Shown here in pieces: positions 53,201-64,000 of a stretch of 64,000 nucleotides of DNA (the first letter of the stretch is position 1; each line of letters begins with the position of its first letter). The notes beneath the pieces are model-generated. The model was not told where the DNA came from. It did no database searches and saw only the letters and a program-made list of their open reading frames with translations. Both the position numbers and the translations under genes were made by a program. Source of the stretch: Felis catus (lineage: Eukaryota); NCBI RefSeq assembly GCF_018350175.1, contig NC_058368.1, forward strand, positions 26,848,001 through 26,912,000. The letters are read 5' to 3'.

Positions 53201-56042
53201 ATAATTCTGGATTGAAAGTTCTTTCCTCATTTGAAAAATGCTGTGCCACTTCTTTCTGACCTCCATGATTTCTGATGAAAAATCCTGTCATCCAAATTGT
53301 TTTTCTCCCTATAGATGAGGTGTTCTTTTTTTAAATTGAAATTTGATTAACATACAGACTTCATAACATCATAACATAACATAACAACATCATTTTGGGT
53401 ATGCAATATATCAGTTTTATACATTACTCAGTGCTCATCACAATAAATGCATTCTTAATCCCCTTTGCCTACTTTACCCATCCCCCATCCAATATCCCTT
53501 CGGCAACCACCAATTTGTTCTCTGTATATGAACAATACAGAATTTATCAATATATTTTATATAACATTCTTCTCAAAATAGGGTAGCAGCCATTTGATTT
53601 TCAAAAACTGTCTCAAATAGCACATGACTCCTTCACTTTTCTATGTGTGTGCTACATTCCTTACAAAACCCTTTCTAAAGATATATGTCCTCCTGAACTT
53701 GCATTCTAGTTGGAGACATAGACATAAACAATATATGTAAGTGAAATATATGGCATGTTAGCTAAGGATAGGATTAAGGACCAAAAAATGGAGCAGAGAA
53801 GGGAATATGTAATATATGTGGTGTAAGGAGAGAGAAGGCGAAATACTGTATCTTCTAGCCATCAAAAGCTGCACTGAGAAGGTCTCTTTCAGCAAAATCC
53901 TAAAAGAAGTGAAGGAGCTAGGCATGCAGATCTGAGTGAGAGCTTTCCAGGAAAAAGTAAATGCAAGTGCAAAGGTCTTAAGATGAGACCATTCCTGGGC
54001 TCAGAGGTTAGAAGAGCAGTGTGGCTAGAATGGAGGGAAGGAAGAAAACAGTAGTGGATGAGGTCAGATTTGGCTTATACAGGGCTTTGTTTTCTTTTTG
54101 CCACTGTGTTTTGTGACCACCACCTCTCCTTCATTATTGCTTGTTTCTTCCTAGCCAGAAGCAGTAACTAAATGAGAGTAGTGGCCCATCCACTTCCTAG
54201 AGGCAAAAAGTTACTTTATGTACAGAACCATTTACATCCCTGGCTGCCTACAGATAATCAAATTTGAACATTAAGACACATCTCAAAGTCTGAATGTTAT
54301 CAGTAGAGGCTGAACAAATGGCTGACTTTCAAGAAGGCTCACAATGTGAACTTTGACTTTACAAAGTCACTTCTTGTCTCTCTCCCTCTCTCTCTCTTTT
54401 TCCCCTTTGTTCATTTGTTGTATGCATGGGGGGGTTGTTTATTTGTTAATTTCAAGTTTTTATTTAAATTCTAGTTAGTTACCAGAGGGAAATGGGTGGG
54501 GGGGGGGATGGGTGAAATAGGTGATGGGGATTAAGGAGTGCACCTGCCATGATGAGCACTCCATGATGTATGGAATTGTTCAGTAACTATATTGTACACC
54601 TGAAACTAATATAACATTGTATGTTAACTAGCTGGAATTAAAATAATACAAAATAAGACAAATGAAATATTGGCATGTGAAAAAGAAAAAAATAAAGTCA
54701 CTTCTTGGCCAAACTGCCTTTTAGCCTTGTGAGCTTAGAAACTTAATCTTGTTAGTATCCCAGAGTTGCTTAGACATAGAGAGATGCTAGTAAGTTCACA
54801 AGAAACTGATGTATCAGTTCACAAGAAACTGATAACTCAAATATCAGCTTATTAATTTACAATAATAAAATTCTCAAGGAAACCAGATAACTTATGTCAG
54901 CCATTGGTGCTTCTCCCTGTAAGGGAACTACATTGGAAGCCAGGAGTTGGTTAGTGAGCATGGAAATCAAGTCAGTCATCTGAGTTTGAATGTTCTTGGA
55001 CTCTGGCTCTGGGTGCTCAAGGAGCCAATCCCCATAACACAATTATACTTGTCAGATAATCAGTTCCTACCAGCACATGACTCCTTAACTTTCCTATGTG
55101 TGTGCTACATTCTTCACAAAACCTCTTCTAATGATACATTCTTTCTTTAGGTGTATTAATACCTTTTGTGACATCTAGCTATGACTGGTGATCTGGAGTC
55201 CCACTAAGGGTACCTTGCACATCTCTACTCTGATCCATTGTGTATTAGTTTCATAGCTTACTACTGAAGAATAATTTTAGAAGCATGCTACTATGCAACT
55301 GACCAAATTTACTGATTAAACAAAAATTTGTTTTAGTTATTTTATTGCTATGAATATATTCTATGAACAGCAGTATGTGCACATTCAGCAACTATTCTCT
55401 CCTTATGAATATATTCTATTGTATATACCAGTGGATATAATATATAAATATATTATGTATAGTGGATATGTATGTTTTTATATAGAAATATAGATATAAA
55501 TATATATCCTCTTAAGTATATTCAATGTATAAAAAATCTTTTTTTGATTATAGTTTCACATCTAATATGATGTTTCAGTTTATATTAATTTACTTCTAAT
55601 CCTTTTCAAGTCATTTTTTATTTTGTAAACATATTAGCAGGGTTAGTTCACCAGTTTCAATGAATTATCTGAACTTAAAGAATTAACAAAAATGAAAACT
55701 TAGAATGACATAAAGTTTATAGAACTTCATGTGAAGTGTCAGTTGACAAGTTTTCACTTTGTCTTTATGGTAGTGATTTGATGTCTCTGTCCCCATTCCC
55801 CTGATGCTGTTGCAGAGCTGTATTTTGATACAATTTATTTTTTTGTAATCATGTATGTCTTATTTTATGCATTAAAAGCATTATTCTGAGGAGTCCATAG
55901 TCTTCACCATATTGTCAAAAGGACCCATGGTATAATAACGGTAAAGAAGGTCTGAGCTAAGGCAGGAACTTGGAAACAAAACGAGTGACCTTTGGTGGGG
56001 GAAAAGCAGAGGGGAGATTCAGGATGTGTACTCTTGTTTTAA

Positions 56043-56195
<153 letters not shown>

Positions 56196-56715
56196 CATGG
56201 CTAAAGGGCAATGTAGAACATAGACTATGCCAACGAAACAGAAAATTCTTTGGATTCTTAACAACCAGCATCTACTACCAGAGGTCTGTCTTAATAACAG
56301 ATGTATTTTCTCTCTCTCTCTCTTTTTTTTTTTTTTTTGAATCAGTTACCTGCTTACCTTCCAAGCCTACAATTGACAACAGTAGAGAGACAATAGGAAT
56401 GCTTATGTAAGAATAGTGCAAGATTCTATATAAACATTTTGAGTGTATAAGATAAACTGTACTCATGATTCTTATTTTATAAATGTGTTGTTTGCATTAT
56501 CATATGAGGTAAAAATTTAGAAGGAAACACTTGAAGTTATAATGATTTATTTTAAATGATTTATTTTAAATGATTGTTTCAAACATTTTATTAAAACTTG
56601 CTTTTTTACCACTGCCTTCACAGTAGTCCATAAATATTGACATTTATAATAATGTTGTTGTATGTTCAGTGCTTCAGGTACTTTACTCAGTTTTTTATTC
56701 TGAAGGTAGCAACCC

Positions 56716-56839
56716 AAGGTAACAAAGGTAACAAAGGTACCAAAGGTAACAACATTTTTTTCTTCGTTATTAGATAAGGTAACAGGTAACAAAGGTACCA
56801 AAGGTAACAAAGAACATTTTTTTCTTTGTTATTAGATAA
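56716..56839. repeat. Compound tandem repeat: two ~60-bp units each built from (GGTAACAAA)-like 9-mers
   Basis: direct reading. Confidence 0.85.
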
Positions 56840-59800
56840 CATAATTTTAGAGTGTTGCAATGCATAAAATTTTTTGTTTACTTTTCTGTCTGTAAATTTG
56901 TTAGTAATATTCTGTGATGAAATTGATGTTATAGCATCGTGCAAGGCAAATATGAGCTCTTAAAAAAAGAATATTAACCAGTATACACTACCATGTATTT
57001 TTTCTCACTGGAAGTCATATACTAGGTCCATGGCAACATTTCAAAATTTAACTTGATACTAAGATAAAAATGCTCCTTCTTATGGCTCCATTGAATCAAA
57101 TTTTTAGGAACAAAAAAAATATTGAGGATAATGGTTTTTAAATATTTACTTTTAGGACTTAATGCTTTCAAAGCAACAACATCAAAAAGGTATCTCAAGT
57201 CCATTTTCTCCTCACCTTTCTTTGTGCCTACGACTAAGTAAGAGGATAGCTGATATAAAACCTGACATAAATAATCTTGTTATGTCTAACATTAATAATC
57301 CTATTATGAATTAGCATGGCTCAATATGGCTAACATGTCAAATATCTTTGCTGTTAACACAATCAGCTTTGGTGCATGACTCAGAAATGCAGTTAGACTA
57401 AAAATGGTTAAACCTGCAGATTGTAGAGAGTATCCACTATGCTCAGCGGAAGACAAGGCTGACACAAAGGCTGATGATATAAAAATATTTCAGTGTATTT
57501 TGCATATTTAAAAGGTTATTTTTATAATTATACTTTATAATTTTATTTACATTTTATAATAGAAAAATTCTAGCTTTCTAAACTTTTTAAGCTTATAATA
57601 GGTTTCAAAATATTTGTACGTGATAGCTAAACACCTTGAGTTATGTTTGTGAAAATTATTTTTAAATTAAGATAGAAAAATAGGTTTAATCTGCTTAAGA
57701 TAATGTGTTCTATTTGAGAAAGTTGTTTTTAATGTAGTTTTCTGAAATACCCATGATAACAATACATGTACCTATTTTAAATTTTGTGACAGATGAAAGA
57801 ATTATTTGAAAGAGAAATTCTTTTCTTTCCTTTCTCCTTCTAATCTTGAAAATCATTTCAGATGATGGAGGCTTTCAGATTAACCAAGAAGAACTAAAAC
57901 TTGAGGTATCCTCAAGCCTGATCATATAGTTAGTGGATATGATATCTCAACATAATCATAAACTCTGCAGTTAGAAAATGAAGTAATTTTTTAAATTTCT
58001 CTATAGCTGAATCTAGATTAGAATATGAGCTCTTCTGCTTAATGGCCTTTGTCACATACACTTTTGCCTTACAACTCAGTCTATTTTGAGGAATCATTCA
58101 GTCAGATTCTCCTTCTTCTCATTTTCTTCTTGGAGGTAGTCTAAATTCCTGGAGCAGGGGATGGGCAGTACACTTACATTGTTTGTCATCAGGGGAAGGG
58201 TCCTGGTCCCAGCAGCATTCTCACTGGCCTCTGCAGAGCTGTAACCCATCTTCTTGGTCTTGAGGAGTTTGCCTATGCCACAACTGCAGTTGTTGTCTCT
58301 AATTAATGTGGTCAGCCTCCTCACCCAATCACAAGGTCTCTTCTGCTCATGTTTACTTCTCTTTTTCTGTATGTAGGACAAATTTTACCTCTTTGGGGCC
58401 TGTTATTCTACTCACGAATTCTTCCTGACTCTTTGATTCCTGGTATAAAATGAGTCTTTCAAGTCTCTCAGTGCTTTGGAGCTCAGCAAATTCTTCTCTC
58501 AAAATGCCCCGTGTTCTGCAAAGGAAAGCTATGATTTTAACACTATTGTGCCTACTGTGGACTCTTTCAAAAGCCTAATGTGAAGCTCAAAGCTGATAAA
58601 TGACTTCTAAATTCTGAGTAGTTGTGTCCTGACTCTAGCCTGCTAAGTTCTACTATCTAAATGATCAGGAAAAGGTAAGTAGTGCAAGGAAGCAGTGGGA
58701 GGAAAAAAACCTACAGTTATATATCAAAATATTACTTACTACATGTGCAATGTATAGGCAAATTATAGTTGACCAATGTGAATAAATTGATATCTACTTT
58801 TAAGTCATATATTAACAGTGGTGATTTCCATTGTCAAAGCAGCTATCATAGGCACTGTCATGGACAGTATAAATGATCTATGTGTTATCTGTTAGGCCAT
58901 GTTATTCTAGTCAATTGATTAATCATGTTATTTTCTAAAAGACTAAAGATATGAAATAGCAACAATAGTAACATAATTGAGCAACTATGCAATGCCCTAT
59001 TTGGCAGTTTGCATACATTAATTCATTTACTCTTCAGAATAATGAGAATAATGGCTTAAAGTATATATTATTGTCCTTGATTTACAGATGGGGAAACTGA
59101 GGCTTAGGGACTTGCTTAAGATCTTATCACACAGCTCATCAGGGGCAGAGTTGAAATTCATTGTCTTATTTTTTTTTAGCTACATAAAATATCCTGCAAG
59201 AAATGATCCCAAAGAAAGCCTCAATTTTACAATTTTATTATTAAATAAATATTTTATTTGTATACTTAATCAATTTTTAAAATAAATTACAAGGCATAAG
59301 ACAAATTTAACTTAAAGGAGAAATCTTATGGTTAAAAAAAGGGGGGAATTCCACATATAGGTCACCACACCGTCCTAACAAGTGAAAAGTTAATAGGCTG
59401 AAAAATCAATAACTCTTCTTGGATCCCTAAGAGGTGAGGACACAAGGGAAACCACTGTCTCTGAAGTTGGAGACACAGGTCGGCAAATACAACAAGGCAC
59501 TGCTGGCCAGAGCAGAGACTCACAAACCGCCATAGGAAACAGTGTCAGGACAGGAAAACCTAACTGTAATTGATAAATTTCTGGAGTCCTGGCGTACTCT
59601 AAGAGTTAAAAACCCCAGGGGAACCCAGGCAGAGGTAGGTCCCCACAATACTGTGAGATTTATCTCCAGATAAGAATTACAACTGACTTCTCAGGAACCA
59701 TACAGGCAAGAAGAGAGTGGTGTGAAATATTTAAAGTGTTGACAGAATAAAATCCACCAACCTAGAATTCTGTACCCTATGAAATTATCCTTCAGAAGTG

Positions 59801-59995
59801 AAGGAGAAATAAAGACTCTCAGACAAATTGAGGGAATTTAATGCAGTAGACCTACCTCACAGGAAATGTTAAAGAAGTTCTTTAGAGAAATAAAAAATAA
59901 TATAAGTAAGAAACTTGAATCTGTATAAAGTAAGGAAGAGTATCAAAGAAGGAATAAGTGAAGGTAAAAGGAAACATTGTATTTTTCTCATTCTT

Positions 59996-61068
59996 TTTTT
60001 CTTTTAATTTTAGTTAGGTAACATACAGTGCAATATTCGTTTCAGGAGTAGAATTCAGTGATTTGTCATTTGCATACATCATCCAGTGCTCATCACAAAA
60101 AAGTGCCCTCCTTAATACCCATCACCCAAGTAGCCCATTCCCCACCCACCTAATTCCACAAATCCTCAATTTGTTCTCTATCATTGAGAGTCTCTTGTGG
60201 TTTGTTTCCCTCTCTCCTTTCTCCCTGCTTCCCATATGTTCACCTATTTTGTTTCTTAAATTCCACATATGAGTGAAATCATATGGTATTTGTCTTTCTC
60301 TGTTTGACTTATCTTGCTTAGCATAATACCTTCTAGCTCCATCTATGCCATTGCAAATGGCAAGATTTCATTCTTTTTGATGGTTGAGTAATATTCCATT
60401 GTATATGTATACCACATCTTCTTTATCCATTTATCAGTCAGTGGATACTTGTGCTCTCTCCACAGTTTGGCTATTGTTGATAATGCTGCTATAAACATTG
60501 GGGTGCATACACACCTTTACATCTGTACTTTTGTATCCTTTGGGTAAATACCTAATAGTGCAATTGCTGGATTGTAGGGTAGTTCTATTTTTAGTTTTTT
60601 AAGGAGACTCCATACAGTTTTCCAGAGTGGCTGCACCAGTTTGCTTTCCCCTGAACAAGTGAAAAAGTGGTCCCCTTCGGTTTCCTGAGTTGTTAATTTT
60701 AGCCATTCTGACTGGTGTGAGGTGGTATCTCATTATGGGTTTGGTTTGTATTTCCTTGACAATGAGTGATGTTGAGCATCTTTTCATGTTTCTGTTAACC
60801 ATCTTGATGTCTGCTTTGGAAAAGTGTCTATTCATGTCTTTTGCTCATTTCTTCACTGGATTATTTGTTTTTTTGGGTATTGAGTTTGATAAATTCTTTA
60901 CAGATCTTGGATGCCAAGACTTTATCAGATATGTTGTTTGCAAATAACTTCTCCCATTCTGTAGGCTGCCTTTTCATTTTGTTGATTGTTTCCTTCACTG
61001 TGCAGAAGGTTTTTTATCTGGATGAAGTCCCAGTAGTCCATGTTTGCTTTTGTTTCCCTTACCTCTGG
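59996..61068 (-). mobile_element. 5'-truncated carnivore L1 3' fragment
   Basis: antisense ORF2 C-terminus (ORF 60599-60835 MNRHFSK...[10 protein letters not shown]) and 3' UTR; TSD tgtatttttct(c/t)attctt. Confidence 0.88.
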
Positions 61069-61086
61069 TGTATTTTTCTTATTCTT

Positions 61087-61303
61087 TTTTTTTTTTAATT
61101 TTTTAACATTTGTTTATTTTTGGGACAGAGACAGAGCATGAGTGAGGGAGGGTCAGAGAGAACGGGAGACACAGAATCTGAAACAGGCTCCAGGCTCTGA
61201 GCTGTCAGCACAGAGCATGATGTGGGGCTTGAACTCACGGACCACGAGATCATGACCTGAGCTGAAGTCAGACGCTTAACCGACTGAGCCACCCAAGTGC
61301 CCC
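61087..61303 (-). mobile_element. CAN-SINE adjacent to the L1 fragment
   Basis: reverse consensus body; shares the TSD tatttttc(t)tattctt. Confidence 0.9.
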
Positions 61304-64000
61304 ATATTTTTCTATTCTTAATTGATATAACAGATAACAATTTGCTCGAAATAATAATGTTAGCAACAATGTATTCAAATATACACACTTATATATGTAC
61401 AAATATGTTATGAATGCTTCTATATGTGAAATGAGTGACGGCAATGATAGAAGGCATGGGAGGAAAAAATTAAGATTATTTTGTTATTAAAAGATATTCA
61501 TACTACCAGTGAAATGGTATAGTGTTACTTGAAAGTGGACTTGGTTTGGTTGTAAATATATATTACAAATTCAAGGACAAGCACTAAGAAAAGTTAAAAA
61601 ATAAGTGTAACTGATATTCTCCAAGAAGAGAAAATGGAATCATATAAAATGCTTGACTAAAACCAAAAAAAGCAGGAAAAAAAGTGAGAGACAAAAAAAG
61701 TGAGAGACAAAAAGTGAGAGAACAAAACACAAGGGCAAAAATCGAAAACATTAACAAATATGCTAGATATGAATCCAGCTATATCAGTTATCACTATGAA
61801 TGTCAATGATGTAAATGCACCAATTAAAGACAGAGATTATCAGAGTGGATCAAAAAACACAAGTCATATGTTGTCTATATGAAGCCACTTTAAATACAAA
61901 GACACATACAGATGAAAAGTAAATGGATAGAGAAAAATATACCATGCTGACATTAATCAAAAGAAAACAGGAATAGCTATATACTTTCATAACGGAGCAG
62001 ACTTCAAAGTAAGGAAAGTTATTAGAGATTAAGAAGGACATTACATAGTAAGAAAGGGGTCAATTCTTTAAGAAGACATAATAATTCTTAATGTGGATGC
62101 ATCTAACAACAGAGCATCAAACTATGTGGGGCAAAAACTGATAGAACTGCCAAGGAAAAATAGATAACTCCACTATCATAGTTGCAGACTTCAACATAAC
62201 TCTATCAGAAATGGACAGATTCACCAAAAGAAATTCAGTAAGGACATCGTTGAATTCAACAACACCATCAATCAACTGGATACAACTCACACCAATACAC
62301 TACTTCATCCAACAACAGCAGAATACAGATTTTTCTCAAGCTTACATAGAACATTCACCAAAATAGACAATATTCTGGGCCATAAAACATACCTTAACAA
62401 ATTTAAAAGAGTAGAAATCATAAAATATTTGCTCTCAGACCATAATGCAATTAAACTAGAAATCAATAACAAAAAATAACTGGAATAATACCCAAATAGG
62501 TAGAGATTAAACTACATACTTCCAAATAAATAGATCAAAGAAGAAATCTCAAGAAATTATAAAATATTTTGAACTAAATGAAAATGAAAACACAATTTAT
62601 CCAAATTTGTGGAACACAGTAAAAGCAGTGCTTAGATAGAAATTTATGGCATTGAATGCATATATTAGAAAAGAAAAAAAAATCTAAAATTAATCATCTA
62701 AACTTCCACATTAGGAAGCTAGAAAAAAAAACAGTAAATTTCATTGAAAGTAAGTAGATGAAAAGAAATAAGAATTAGAGCAGAAATCAATGAAATAAAA
62801 TGCAGGATATCAGTAGAGAAAAATCAATGAAACCAAAACCTGGTTCTTTGAAGGAATCGGTAAAATTACTGACCCTCTAGCTACATTAACTAAGACAAAA
62901 AGGACAAGTCACAAATTTCTAATATCAGAAATGAAAGAGGAGACATCACTATAGATCTCATGGAAATTAAAAGGATAATAAAGGAATACTATGAATAGCT
63001 CTATGCCCATAAATTTGATACCCTAAATGAAATGGACTAATTCCTTGAATGATATAATCTGCCAAAACTGACACAAGAAAAAACAGATGATCTGAATAGG
63101 CCTATATTTATTTAAGGAATTGAATCAATAATTCATCACATTCCAAAACAGAAAGCCCCAAACCCAGAGGGTTCAGTGGTAAATTCTGCCAAACATTTAA
63201 AAATTACACCCATTCTCTATAATCTCTTTCAGAGGATAGAAGCAAAGGGAATACTTCTTAACTCATTCTATGAGGCCAGCATTAACCTAATACCAAAACC
63301 AGACAAAAAATTACAAGAAAATAAAACTATAAACCAATATCTCTTTTGAACATAAATTTAAAAATCCTCAACAAAATATGAGCAAATCAAATCCAAAAAA
63401 TTATAAAAGAAATTGTATGCCATGATCGAGTGGGAATTGTCATAGGTACACAATTATGGCTCAACATCCAAAAATCAATTAACATAATCCATCACATCAA
63501 CAGACTTAAAAAAGTAAAATCATGTGATTATACCAATAGATACATAAAAATCATTTAACAAATCCAAATCCCATTTATAATAAAAACACTCAGTAAAGTA
63601 ACAATACAGGAGAACTTTCTCAACTTGATAAAAAAATTCTACAGCCAACATCATACTTAATGCTAAGAAACTCAAAGCTTTCCCATTAAGATTAGAACAA
63701 GGCAAGGATACTTTCTCTCACCATTCCTTTTCAACATCACACCGTAAGTCCTTGCTGATGCAATAAGGTGAGAAAAAGAAATAATATGTATACAGATTAG
63801 GGAAGATAAAAACTGTTCATAGATGACATGATAATCTAGGTATAAAACTGAAAATAATTGAAAAAAAGAACAAGCTGCTGGAACCAATAATCAATTATAG
63901 CAAAGTTTCAGGTAATATAACAAAGTCAATGCTTTTATATAACGATAGTGAACAAGTAGAATATGAAATTTAAAACCATACCATTTACTTAGCACCCCTA

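Larger units (their letters stand above)
59340..64000 (+). mobile_element. Old L1M-type element (ORF1 end, ORF2 EN/RT remnants) running off the window, interrupted by an L1 fragment and a SINE
   Basis: atcactatgaatgtcaatgatgtaaatgcaccaattaaagacagag (EN start), gacttcaac, tctcagaccataatgcaat (SDH motif), RT-region remnants. Confidence 0.85.

Noticed and set aside
56716..56839. Repeat-spacer-like appearance (CRISPR-like)
   Set aside because: The spacers are themselves duplicated, there are only two units, the context is eukaryotic and there are no cas genes.

Overview
Mammalian (carnivore, most likely felid, judged from SINEC_Fc-type tRNA-derived CAN-SINEs and felid-type L1 ends) genomic DNA containing the head-to-head gene pair LACC1/FAMIN (minus strand; 5 coding exons, reconstructed 429-aa ORF, catalytic His/Cys/His intact) and CCDC122 (plus strand; 5 coding exons, reconstructed 275-aa coiled-coil ORF). 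They share a CpG-island bidirectional promoter at about 24.3-25.6 kb. The rest is mostly transposon-derived: a near full-length decayed L1 (+), a 5'-truncated L1 (-) in the last CCDC122 intron, short L1 3' fragments, older L1M/L2/MIR pieces, MaLR/ERV LTRs, a Tigger2-type MITE and about 15 CAN-SINEs. I see no prokaryotic-style novel system. The two most unusual signals are (1) a sharply bounded ~1.36-kb tract that is ~99.5% identical, including shared inactivating lesions, between two otherwise diverged, inverted L1 copies 40 kb apart that bracket LACC1 (ectopic gene conversion or an assembly artefact), and (2) four sites where two retroelements sit in tandem with three copies of one target-site duplication (serial reuse of one insertion site). 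Gene identities and human residue numbering come from my recall of the orthologous proteins, not from a database search. Repeat subfamily names are tentative.
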